Below, in pieces: positions 10,152-19,040 of a DNA stretch of 64,000 nucleotides. Every line of letters begins with the position of its first letter. The first letter of the stretch is position 1. The stretch is from an uncultured delta proteobacterium (lineage in GTDB: Bacteria; Myxococcota; UBA727; VGSZ01): contig CAVZJB010000001.1 in the NCBI GenBank assembly GCA_963775425.1, forward strand, positions 1-64,000, given 5' to 3'. A program made the translations under genes and the position numbers. The notes below the pieces were generated by a model, which was not told the origin of the DNA, made no database searches, and worked only from the letters and a program-made list of their open reading frames with translations.

Positions 10152-10433
10152 ATGACCCGCCTCGTCGTCCTCGCCCTCGCAGCCGTTGCCGTGGGCGGCG
10201 CCTGTGCGCCGCCGCAAAGCGACGGCTGCAAGCAGTACATCGCCTGCCAACAAGAGTACGACGCGGCCTCCGGGACGGGCCCCGTCGACGTCAGCCAATA
10301 TGAGGCCGACGGCGCCTGTTGGGACAGCGCCGACAACGCCGCCACCTGCGATCAGCAGTGCACGGAGGGCATCGCCGCCGTCCGCGACGCCGCCGCCAAT
10401 GCCAACCTCGACGTGCCGTCGTGCCAGGGGTAG
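10152..10433 (+). CDS. Small Cys-rich lipoprotein (CW family, short type)
   Basis: Signal ...AVGGAC; CKQYIAC...YEADGACW-x8-C-x3-C. Confidence 0.8.
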   Translation: MTRLVVLALAAVAVGGACAPPQSDGCKQYIACQQEYDAASGTGPVDVSQYEADGACWDSADNAATCDQQCTEGIAAVRDAAANANLDVPSCQG

Positions 10434-10446
10434 TCTCCTCGCCGCC

Positions 10447-10821
10447 ATGAAATTCCTCCGCGCGCCCCTCCTCGTCATCGGGCTCCTGTCCGCCCTCGCC
10501 GGCTGCTCGGCCATCGAGCGCGACCCCGCGTGCGTGCTCGCCGAAAAGTGCGACAACGCGCTCGAGGAGCCCTCCGGGGACTTCGTCGCGAACGACCCCG
10601 TCTTCGGCGACGACCTCAACGCCGACGGCACCGCCGGCCAGTTCGGCGACGTCGGCACCTGCTGGCAGAACGCGGACACGGCCAAGCCGTGCATCCAGGC
10701 CTGCAAGGACTTCGTGAAGGAGCAGGCCGCCATCGCCCAGGGCGACGGCGACCAGGCCGTCGTCGACGCCTGCGGCGGGGCCGCCGCCGGCGAGGGTGAG
10801 GGCGAAGGCGAGGGCGAGTAG
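10447..10821 (+). CDS. Cys-rich lipoprotein (CW family, long type) with C-terminal (GE)5 tail
   Basis: Lipobox LAGC; CVLAEKC...FGDVGTCW-x8-C-x3-C; ends AAAGEGEGEGEGE. Confidence 0.85.
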   Translation: MKFLRAPLLVIGLLSALAGCSAIERDPACVLAEKCDNALEEPSGDFVANDPVFGDDLNADGTAGQFGDVGTCWQNADTAKPCIQACKDFVKEQAAIAQGDGDQAVVDACGGAAAGEGEGEGEGE

Positions 10822-10840
10822 GGCGCTGTAGACTGCGCCC

Positions 10841-12490
10841 ATGCGCTACCGCGAGGTCGGGCTGATCGCCGAAGGCGGGATGGCCCTCATCGCCCAGGCC
10901 GAGCGCGACGACGGCAGCGTCGTCGTCGTGAAGCGCGTGCGCCCGCCGTTCTGCTTCGACCCGGTGTTCCTGCGCCTGTTCGCCGACGAGGGCGCCGTCC
11001 ACGCCGCCCTCGACCACGAAAACATCGTGCACCTGCTCGACAAGGGCGAGGACGAGGCCGGCCCGTACCTTGTGTTCGAGCACGTCGACGGCACCGATCT
11101 CGCCGCCGTCCTCGAGGACGCGTGGGCCTCGGGGACGCCGCTCGACGTCGAGTGCGTGCTGGCCGTCGCGGTGCCCCTGTTCCGCGCACTGGCCTTCGTG
11201 CACGAGTGCCCGCTGTCGGTGGTGCACCGGGACGTGTCGCCGGGGAACATCCTCATCGGCAACGACGGCGCGGTGAAGCTCGTGGACTTCGGCGTGGCGT
11301 CGTTCTCGCTCAAGACGGAGGCCACCGTCGCGGGCGAGATGAAGGGCAAGTTCGCCTACATGGCCCCGGAGCAGACGCGGGGCGAGAAGGCGGGGCCGCG
11401 CGCCGACCTCTTCGCCGCCGGCGTCGTCCTGTGGGAGTGCCTCGCCGGCAAGCGGCTGTTCGACGGGCCCACCGACGCCGACGTCGTCGCCGCGGTGCGC
11501 GAGACGCCGGCGCCGCCGCTGTCGGGCGCGCCCCCGGCGCTGGCGGCGTTGGTGGCGTCGCTCCTGGAAAAGGACGCCCGCGACCGGCCCGAGAGCGCGC
11601 GCGCCGTGGGCAAGGCGCTCGCGGACATCGCGCTCGAGCTCGGCTTCGACGAGGGCCTCTCGCGCCACGCCGCGCGCCTGGCGCGAATGGCGCCGCGGCG
11701 CGAGCTGCAGGTGCGCGACGAGGGACGCCGCCGCACCCAGAGGGTGCTCGGCGCCGACGGCGCGGCGATGGTGGTGCGCCGGCGCCGCTCGCCGCTGCCG
11801 CTTTGGGGGGCCGGCCTCGGCGTCGTCGTGCTCGCCGGCGTCGTGGGGGCCTGGGCGCTGCGACCGCCGCCGCTCGAGGAGAAGGTCGAGGCGCTGCCGT
11901 CGACGTCACCCGCGCCTCCCGCGCCCCCCGGCGCCGTCCAGGCCGGGGTCGGTCTGCCGGCGGCGGCGGAGAAGGAGGCGGAGAAACACGCGGCGGACAA
12001 GGGCGCGGCGGACGCGGCGGAGAAGCACGCGGCGGAGAAGCACGCGGCGGAGACGCAAGCGGCGATGAACAACGCGGCGGAGCGGGACGCGGCGGCGCAC
12101 GACGCGGCGGCGCACGACGCGGCGGCGCACGACGTGGCGGCGCACGACGTGGCCGCGGCGAGAGAGGCGCGCGCGGCGACGGCGAGGCGCGCGACCGCGG
12201 GGCACGAGGCGAGCGGCGCGCGCAAGGGCGCTGCGGAGGTCCACGCGCGCGACCCCGTGGTCGCGGCGGTGGCGGGCTTCGGCAAGCTCACGATCACGTC
12301 GGAGCCCTGGGCGCGCGTCACCGTCGACGGCAAGCTCGCCTCGCCGGAGACGCCGCTGCGGGCGTACACGGTGGCCGCGGGGAAGCACATTGTCGTGCTC
12401 GAGAACCCGGTGTTCCACCTGTCCAAGACGGTCGTCGTCGACGTCGCCCCGGACGGGGACGTGAAGAAGTACGTGAACCTGAACCCCTGA
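10841..12490 (+). CDS. Membrane Ser/Thr protein kinase with C-terminal PEGA-like domain
   Basis: EGGMA, VVKR, VHRDVSPGN, DFG, GKFAYMAPEQ; one TM; ITSEPWARVTVDG. Confidence 0.92.
   Translation: MRYREVGLIAEGGMALIAQAERDDGSVVVVKRVRPPFCFDPVFLRLFADEGAVHAALDHENIVHLLDKGEDEAGPYLVFEHVDGTDLAAVLEDAWASGTPLDVECVLAVAVPLFRALAFVHECPLSVVHRDVSPGNILIGNDGAVKLVDFGVASFSLKTEATVAGEMKGKFAYMAPEQTRGEKAGPRADLFAAGVVLWECLAGKRLFDGPTDADVVAAVRETPAPPLSGAPPALAALVASLLEKDARDRPESARAVGKALADIALELGFDEGLSRHAARLARMAPRRELQVRDEGRRRTQRVLGADGAAMVVRRRRSPLPLWGAGLGVVVLAGVVGAWALRPPPLEEKVEALPSTSPAPPAPPGAVQAGVGLPAAAEKEAEKHAADKGAADAAEKHAAEKHAAETQAAMNNAAERDAAAHDAAAHDAAAHDVAAHDVAAAREARAATARRATAGHEASGARKGAAEVHARDPVVAAVAGFGKLTITSEPWARVTVDGKLASPETPLRAYTVAAGKHIVVLENPVFHLSKTVVVDVAPDGDVKKYVNLNP
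11963..12155 (+). repeat. Coding 15-bp tandem repeats (AAEKH / AAHDA / AAHDV) in the kinase linker
   Basis: GCGGCGGAGAAGCAC and GCGGCGCACGACG(C/T)G units are visible. Confidence 0.75.
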
Positions 12491-12511
12491 CGGCCGGCGC
12501 CCCCGCGCGAG

Positions 12512-13087
12512 CTACGGACCGCCTTCGATCGACTCGTAGATCGTCAACGTCTCGCACGACGTGCGGCGCGGCGTGAGCCATGTGGCCCGGCGCAGATCGA
12601 TCGCGACGGTGCACACCGCGATCCGTCGAAGCCTCGCCGCGTCCCTCAGCCGGTTGATCACGCGCGTGAGCAGCTCACCGCGTGCCGGGGCGTACAGAAA
12701 GAACACGTTGCCCTCGAGCTCGATGTCCGCCGCGTTGGCGTGGATGAAGGACACGTCGGTCAGTCGCAGCGCCGCCGCGCGCTCACGGGCGAACGCAACC
12801 AACGGTGCCTGCACTTCGATGCCCCGTGAGCGCGCGCCCGAGAGGAGGTGAGCCAGGATCACCGCGCGCCCCGCGCCGCTCCCGATGTCGACGAGCTCGT
12901 CGTGCGCGCGCAGCGGGAGCTCCTGCACCATCGTGAAGATCTCTTCGACCGAGCTCGGAAAGCTCATCATCGCGTCCGGCGGAAGATCAGCGCCGTCGTC
13001 GGGCACCTCGCAGAAGCCGAGGCGCGTGTTCACCCAGGCGTCTCGCAAGGGCCCGGGCACCGGATCCAGCTCGTCGCGAAAGGTCAC
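12512..13087 (-). CDS. Class I SAM-dependent methyltransferase (DOT1-like motif pattern)
   Basis: LVDIGSGAGRAV, GIEV, FIHANA, VFFLYAP. GGAG precedes the GTG. Confidence 0.8.
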   Translation of the reverse strand: MTFRDELDPVPGPLRDAWVNTRLGFCEVPDDGADLPPDAMMSFPSSVEEIFTMVQELPLRAHDELVDIGSGAGRAVILAHLLSGARSRGIEVQAPLVAFARERAAALRLTDVSFIHANAADIELEGNVFFLYAPARGELLTRVINRLRDAARLRRIAVCTVAIDLRRATWLTPRRTSCETLTIYESIEGGP

Positions 13088-13112
13088 GTCTCCACCGTAC
13101 ACGGCCGCGCTC

Positions 13113-14324
13113 CTACAGGCGCATGAGCTGAAAGGCGAACCAACCGAGGGCGCGGTCGATGAGGCTGCGCGCGTCGTAATCCTCCTGGCGGACCTCACGG
13201 CACAGCGTGGCGTCCGTCTCGAACTGCGACGCGAGGAGGTCGGCGAGGCCGGGGTCGACGACGGTGAGGCTGACCTCGAGGTTGCGCGTGAAGCTCCAGC
13301 GGTCGAGGTTGAACGAGCCGACCGACGCGTAGATGCCGTCGATGCTCGCGGTCTTGGCGTGAAGGGTGCGCCCCATCATCTCGAAGATGCGCACGCCGCC
13401 CCGGAGCAAGGAGCCGTAGAGGTGGCGCGCGGCGACGGCGGCGATGGGGACGTCCGACAGCCCCGCCGTCAGCACGCGCACGTCGACACCGCGCCGGGCG
13501 GCGCGCACCAAAGCGCGCAGCAGCCGCGGCGGCGGGACGAAGTACGGCGTGGTGAGCAGGCACGTCCGCACGCTTCGCCCGACCGTGTAGTACAGCGCGC
13601 GCTGGATGTGGCGCTTGCGGCGGCGCACGTCGCTGCCGAGGATCTGCGCGAAGACGCCGTCGGCGAGGGGCATGAGCGGCGCCGCCGGTTGGAGCTTCTT
13701 GCCGGTGGCGGTGAGGTACGACGAGATGAAGATGGCGGCGAGGTCGCGCACGCCCGGCCCCTCGATGCACGCGTGCGTGTCGCGGAAGCGGCCGTTGCCG
13801 AGGCGGGTGCCGGCGTAGTCCTCGCTGACGTTCATGCCGCCGCAGAAGCCGACGTCGTCGATGATGAGGATCTTGCGGTGGTCACGCAAGAACATCGGCA
13901 GGCGCGCGAAGAACAAGCGCGGCGGGTTGAACGGCACCACGCGCGCGCCGGACTCGCGAAGGGGGAGGAGGTCCTCGGTCTTGAGGCCGGAGGACCCGAT
14001 GACGTCGAAGAGGAGGACGACGTCGACGCCCCGCCGGCGCGCCGCGAGCAGCGCGTCGAGGAACGCGCGGCCGACGCGGTCGGGCTCGAAGATGTACGTC
14101 TCGATCCACACGCGCCGGGTGGCGCTGTGGATGGCGGCGAGCATCGCCTCGTAGCTGTCGTCGCCGTCGAAGAAGAACGTGACCTGGTTGCCCTCGCTGC
14201 TGCCGCCGAGGGGGAGGAGCCGGTCGAGCGTCAACCGCCACGTGCGCGCGACGCGCGCAGGCAATCGCATCGTGCCCGACGGCCGCGCGCGCGGATCCAG
14301 GAGCGCACGCAGCGTCTCGGACAT
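13113..14324 (-). CDS. clsB: Cardiolipin synthase (ClsB-like phospholipase D family)
   Basis: Two HxKxxxxD motifs (DHRKILIID, LHAKTASID), GGMN, TTPYFVP, GSFNLD. Confidence 0.85.
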   Translation of the reverse strand: MSETLRALLDPRARPSGTMRLPARVARTWRLTLDRLLPLGGSSEGNQVTFFFDGDDSYEAMLAAIHSATRRVWIETYIFEPDRVGRAFLDALLAARRRGVDVVLLFDVIGSSGLKTEDLLPLRESGARVVPFNPPRLFFARLPMFLRDHRKILIIDDVGFCGGMNVSEDYAGTRLGNGRFRDTHACIEGPGVRDLAAIFISSYLTATGKKLQPAAPLMPLADGVFAQILGSDVRRRKRHIQRALYYTVGRSVRTCLLTTPYFVPPPRLLRALVRAARRGVDVRVLTAGLSDVPIAAVAARHLYGSLLRGGVRIFEMMGRTLHAKTASIDGIYASVGSFNLDRWSFTRNLEVSLTVVDPGLADLLASQFETDATLCREVRQEDYDARSLIDRALGWFAFQLMRL

Positions 14325-14496
14325 GGATCCGATGTACCACTTGCGCACCGGAGGATGCGCAACTTGCGCACCGTTCGCCCAGCGCCGGGCGCCGCCGCCT
14401 CGCCCGGACGCGACGCAGTTGCTGGCACCGCTGCTGCAATACCTCCTGCGTCGGAGAGAGCGCCCACCCCGTCCTCCCCCCACCCTGCTCTCTTCG

Positions 14497-14528
14497 AATG
14501 CGCGAAGCCCGGCTTCGCGCATTTTTTT
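14497..14528 (+). terminator. Perfect hairpin with U-tract on the + strand
   Basis: AATGCGCGAAGCC-C-GGCTTCGCGCATT followed by a T-run. Confidence 0.6.
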
Positions 14529-14550
14529 GCGCGAGCCGCCGGCGCCGCCC

Positions 14551-15426
14551 CTAAAGCTGCAGCAGGCGCGCGGCGTTTCCGTAGAGGACGTCGGCCTGCT
14601 CGTCCTCCTCGAGCCCGAGGTTCTGCACGGCGTCGACGGCCTGGGCGGAGGTGTCGAGCGGGTAGTCGGAGCCGAAGAGCACGTTCTTTTCGAACCGGCG
14701 GATGACCCACACGAGGTGCTCGGCGTACGGCGAGCGCGCATAGAGGGTGGCCGTCGACGAGACGTCGAAGAAGACGTTGTCGGGGTAGGCGGGGTTCTTC
14801 TTCGCCATCGCGAACATCGTCGCCTGCGAGAACGAGGTCAGCCCCATGTGCGCGGCGATGAGGCGCGCCTGCGGGTGGTCCATCGCGAGCGCGAGGATCT
14901 TGCCGAGCACGCCCGGCGACAGCGCGCCGTCGGCCTCGATGAGCACCGGCAGCGCCCGCTGGCCGCAGCGCTCGACGATGGCGCCGACGCGGGGGTCCGC
15001 GAGGTCGATGTGCTGCCGCACGGGGTCGAGGGCGATCATGCGCGCGCCGGCGTCGGCGACCCGATCGATCTCGGCCACGGCGTCGGGCTGCGCCGGGTGC
15101 ACCGACGCCACCGCGAACAGCTTGGGGAGCTCGCGGGCGAGCGCGAGCACCCGATCGTTCAAGGGGCGCGCGTCGGCCGGGGCGGCCGCGACGACGACCG
15201 CGCCGATGCGCGTGATGTGCGGATCGGCGGCGTTCTTTCGGAAGCGCTCCTCCTCGTCGGCGGCGCCGGTGACGGCGAGGTGCGCGTGGACGTCGATGAC
15301 GGGCCCGTCGTAGCGCTGCACCCGGCGCTTGCGCTCGTGGGGCTCCTGGCTGGCGCACCCCGCGAACGGGACGGCGGCGAAGGAGACTGCGGCGGTGGCG
15401 GCGATGACAACGATGACGGCACGCAT
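14551..15426 (-). CDS. Amidohydrolase_2-family metal-dependent hydrolase, predicted lipoprotein
   Basis: IDVHAHL, IAAHMG, VFFDVS, LFGSDYP; lipobox FAGC. Confidence 0.85.
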   Translation of the reverse strand: MRAVIVVIAATAAVSFAAVPFAGCASQEPHERKRRVQRYDGPVIDVHAHLAVTGAADEEERFRKNAADPHITRIGAVVVAAAPADARPLNDRVLALARELPKLFAVASVHPAQPDAVAEIDRVADAGARMIALDPVRQHIDLADPRVGAIVERCGQRALPVLIEADGALSPGVLGKILALAMDHPQARLIAAHMGLTSFSQATMFAMAKKNPAYPDNVFFDVSSTATLYARSPYAEHLVWVIRRFEKNVLFGSDYPLDTSAQAVDAVQNLGLEEDEQADVLYGNAARLLQL

Positions 15427-15504
15427 GCCGCCGCGCCTAGCCGCATCTGCGGCGTCTGCCAACGCCGCCGGTGACACCCGGGCGGCTCGCGCTATGCTCG
15501 AGGC

Positions 15505-15945
15505 ATGGCGAGCACCGCGGAGCCCGTTGAGGCGGACATCTTCTCCGGGCGGCACGCGATGCGGGGCACCTGGTTCACCGCGCGCGGGGCGACATCGAGC
15601 GGGTTGTTTTCGACCCCCGACGGCTGCAGCGAGTGGACCTACTTCCACTACGAAAACGGCCGCTACGCCATCCCCGTGTGGGAGCGGCTCGAGATCGCCG
15701 GCGACGGCGCGCTCGCCGAGGCCGACGACGCGGCCATGTGGGGCAGGCTGAACGCGTGGACCCGCGACCACGCCGTCGCGCGCGACCTCGACGTCGACGG
15801 CTTCGGCGCCGTCGCCCGCGGCGCGTCGGGGACGTTCTTCGTCGCGTACACGTTCCCCTCGCTCCAGACGGCGCGCGACTTCGCCGCCGAGCTCGGCGGC
15901 CGCTGGGTGCTGGCCGCGCTCGCGGACCGGGTCAGCATGTTTTGA
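15505..15945 (+). CDS. Hypothetical protein
   Basis: GAGG before the ATG, normal amino-acid composition, fills the gap between neighbours. Confidence 0.6.
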   Translation: MASTAEPVEADIFSGRHAMRGTWFTARGATSSGLFSTPDGCSEWTYFHYENGRYAIPVWERLEIAGDGALAEADDAAMWGRLNAWTRDHAVARDLDVDGFGAVARGASGTFFVAYTFPSLQTARDFAAELGGRWVLAALADRVSMF

Positions 15946-16139
15946 ACGCTGCGGCGTGACGCCGTCGCCGCGGAGCGGCCGGTGCTTGCGTGTCTGTTGG
16001 CGCCGCCGCGGGTGCGTTTGCGCCCGATCGCAGGCCCGGGCGCGACGCCCGTGGCGACGGCACGCACGTCGTCATCGCGCACAGTCCTTGCTCGTTCAAG
16101 CCTCCGCAGCTTCATTCGGCGCGGGCCGAGGGGGTCTTC

Positions 16140-19040
16140 ATGAAGAGCGCTCTCGGCTTGCTGGCGTGGGTGGTCTGGTGCGCGCCGGCGCTCGCGTCGC
16201 CCGCGGCGGGCGTCGACTGCGCGTGCGCGGCGACGGGCGCGTACCTCTTGCCGCAGGCGCCGGTGGAGATGGCCGCCGCGGACGGCACCACGGGGCTGTC
16301 TCCGGGCGGCAAGTACGTCGTCTCCGCCGGCGGCGACGGCGGGAGCGGCTTTTTGGTCTCGGTGGCCCGCGTGTCGCCGCCGGCGTCGCTGCTCGTCGAC
16401 CTGCCCGGTGTGCAGTGGGGCTTCAGCCCCGACGACGACCGCTTCGTCATCCTCCGCTTCTCCGGCGGGATCCCCACCGCCACGCTGTACGACCTCGCCG
16501 GTGCGAGCCCGAGCACCGCGATCTACGAGACCCCGAGCCTCGCTGGCGGCGGGCTCCTCGCCTTCAGCCCCGGCGGGGGCTACGCGCTCGCCATGTCGCT
16601 CGGCACGCAGCCCGACGAATTCGTCCTCGACGTGCGCGACGCGGCGAGCGGTGCGCGCGTCCACGACGCGCGCTTCGCGTTCGCCCCGCCCCCGGCCGAC
16701 GCGCTGCCGGCCGGCGCGGAGGAGCTCGGCTCCGTCGTGGTGGGCTTTGGTCCGGACGCGCGGGATCGATCGTTGGTCTACGCGTACGTCTCGGGGAACG
16801 GGCTGCTGCAGAGCAACTGGAGCCTCGTCGACCTCGAGGGCCCGACCGCGTGGCACACGGTGTCCAACTACGGCTTCACCTGGGGCTTCAGCCCCTGCGG
16901 CGACGTCCTCGACGTCGTCGACGCCAACACCGACACGCACCTGAAGGAGGCGCGCCTGTTCGCCACGCTCGACTTCGCGGGCCTCGCTTTCACGAGCTAT
17001 CCGATCACCGACGACGACTTCTTCCGCGACACCGCCGCGAGCCACATCGTGCAGCACGCCTTCACGCAGGTGGAGCTCGCGGCGAACGTCGCCGGCGACA
17101 CGTGCGGCGGCGCCTCCGCCGTGCCCCCCACCGCCGCCTTCAGCGCGCCGAGCGCGTCTGTCACGGGCGTCTCGGTGCCGTTCACGGACGAGAGCGCGCC
17201 GGGGTCGGGGCAGATCACGGCGTATCGTTGGACCTTCGGTGACGGCGCCGCCAGCGCCGCGGCGGACCCGACGCACGTCTTCACCGGCGCGGGGACGTAC
17301 ACCGTACAGCTCACGGTCACCAACAGCGACGGCCGCGCCGACACGGTGGGCCACGACATCACCATCGGGCTGAACCAGCCTCCGACGGCCTCGTTCAGCG
17401 TCTCCCCCGCCGCGCCGGGGACGCGCGAGCTCGCCACGTTCACGGACACCTCCTTGGATGACGACGGCGTCGCCTACGCGTATTGGCAGTTCGACGACGG
17501 AAATACCGTCGAAGCCCACGCGGTGACCTTGAAGGTCTGCGCGCCCGCCGTGAACGTGCACCTCGTCGTGGAGGACAACGCCGGCCAGCTCGGCGAGCTC
17601 ACGCAGGAGGTCGCGGTCGCCCCGCGGCCCGACGTCACCGTCCCCGCGGGCGGCGACCTCGCCGCCGCCGTCGCGGCCGCGTGCCCGGGCGACACCCTCG
17701 TCCTCGAGGCGGGGCACTACGCGGGCGGCTTCGCCGTGCGAGACGTCAGCCTGCGCGGCGCGGGCAGCGGCAGCACGTTCATCGACGGACCCGGGGAGCC
17801 GGCGACGGCCGACGGCTACGTCGTGAAGGTCGACCCGCCCGGGCGCTTCACCTTCGCGGGGACGGTGTCGCTCGAGGCCTTGACCGTCGACGGCGGCGGT
17901 GTCGGCTCCGACCAGGGCGGCGGCGTCGACCTCGCGGGCCGCGGCCACGTCTCTTTGTCGGACGTCGAGGTCACGGGCAACGCCGGCCGCGCGGGCGTCT
18001 TCATCGACAACTACGGCGACCTCGTCGAGGTCTTCGACTCGCACATCCACGACAACGCCGGCTGGGGGCTGTGGCTCGACTGCTGCGTGGCGGCGAACGT
18101 GCAACGCACCGAGATCGCCTTCAACGGCGCGGGCGGCGCGGCGTTCCTCGAGACCGACGACGTCACGGTGGCGTTCAACGACGTGCACGACAACGTCGGT
18201 GCGACCGACGGCGCGGGGCTGACCTTGTACGACGTCGGCAACGGGAGCGTCTTCGGCAACCGCGTGTTCGACAATTCCTCGGCCAATCCGTCGGGCGCGG
18301 CCGTGGCCGTCGACGGCTGGCCCGTCACGCTCGCGGGGAACCTCGTGGTGGCCAACCGGGCCGGGGGCCTGCACGCGACGAGCTTCGTCGACGTCGTGAA
18401 CACGACGATCGCGGACAACTGCGGCACCGGGCTGCTCGCCGACGGGACCACCGTCGAAAACAGCGTCGTCTTCGGCAACCGCGACGACGTCGACGGGGCC
18501 CTCGCCGGGGACGCCTCGAACCTGGTCGGCGTCGACCCGTTGTTCGCGGCCGCCGGCGACTATCACCTCGCCGAGGGCTCCCCCGCGATCGACCACGGCG
18601 ACAACGCCTTCGTCCCCGGGTTCCTCACCGATGACGGCGACGGCGACGCGCGCGTGCTCGCCGGCGTCGTCGACGTCGGCTGGGACGAGTGGCGCGCCGA
18701 TCAGACCCCGGACCCCGTGGGCGACGCGCGCTGCGGCGACGTCGACGCCGGCCCCGAGGACGACGCGGGGGCCAACGACGCCGGCGCGAGCGAGGGCGAC
18801 GCGGGGACGGCGGGCGACGACGCCGGGGCGGCGGGCGACGACGCGGGGACGGCGGGCGACGACGCGGGGACGGCGGGCGGTGGGGCCGGCGGCTCCCCGA
18901 GGGCGCGCGCCGAGGACGCAGGCTGCGGGGGCAGCCCCGCGGCGCCGGCGCCCGCGCTCGGGCTCGTCGCGTTGCTGTCGCTGCTGCGGAGGCGGGCGGG
19001 TTGCGCCGCAGGGGAGGTTCGTCGGAACGTTCGACGATGA
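16140..19040 (+). CDS. Secreted surface protein: propeller-like N-terminus, PKD domains, right-handed beta-helix, MYXO-CTERM-like tail
   Basis: Signal peptide; YRWTFGDG...HVFTGAGTYTVQLTVT (PKD); PbH1-like repeats; DYHLAEGSPAIDHG; AGCGG...LGLVALLSLLRRR. Confidence 0.8.
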   Translation: MKSALGLLAWVVWCAPALASPAAGVDCACAATGAYLLPQAPVEMAAADGTTGLSPGGKYVVSAGGDGGSGFLVSVARVSPPASLLVDLPGVQWGFSPDDDRFVILRFSGGIPTATLYDLAGASPSTAIYETPSLAGGGLLAFSPGGGYALAMSLGTQPDEFVLDVRDAASGARVHDARFAFAPPPADALPAGAEELGSVVVGFGPDARDRSLVYAYVSGNGLLQSNWSLVDLEGPTAWHTVSNYGFTWGFSPCGDVLDVVDANTDTHLKEARLFATLDFAGLAFTSYPITDDDFFRDTAASHIVQHAFTQVELAANVAGDTCGGASAVPPTAAFSAPSASVTGVSVPFTDESAPGSGQITAYRWTFGDGAASAAADPTHVFTGAGTYTVQLTVTNSDGRADTVGHDITIGLNQPPTASFSVSPAAPGTRELATFTDTSLDDDGVAYAYWQFDDGNTVEAHAVTLKVCAPAVNVHLVVEDNAGQLGELTQEVAVAPRPDVTVPAGGDLAAAVAAACPGDTLVLEAGHYAGGFAVRDVSLRGAGSGSTFIDGPGEPATADGYVVKVDPPGRFTFAGTVSLEALTVDGGGVGSDQGGGVDLAGRGHVSLSDVEVTGNAGRAGVFIDNYGDLVEVFDSHIHDNAGWGLWLDCCVAANVQRTEIAFNGAGGAAFLETDDVTVAFNDVHDNVGATDGAGLTLYDVGNGSVFGNRVFDNSSANPSGAAVAVDGWPVTLAGNLVVANRAGGLHATSFVDVVNTTIADNCGTGLLADGTTVENSVVFGNRDDVDGALAGDASNLVGVDPLFAAAGDYHLAEGSPAIDHGDNAFVPGFLTDDGDGDARVLAGVVDVGWDEWRADQTPDPVGDARCGDVDAGPEDDAGANDAGASEGDAGTAGDDAGAAGDDAGTAGDDAGTAGGGAGGSPRARAEDAGCGGSPAAPAPALGLVALLSLLRRRAGCAAGEVRRNVRR
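18798..18878 (+). repeat. Coding 21-bp tandem repeat (DAGTAGD) in the stalk region
   Basis: GACGCGGGGACGGCGGGCGAC, about four copies. Confidence 0.75.
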
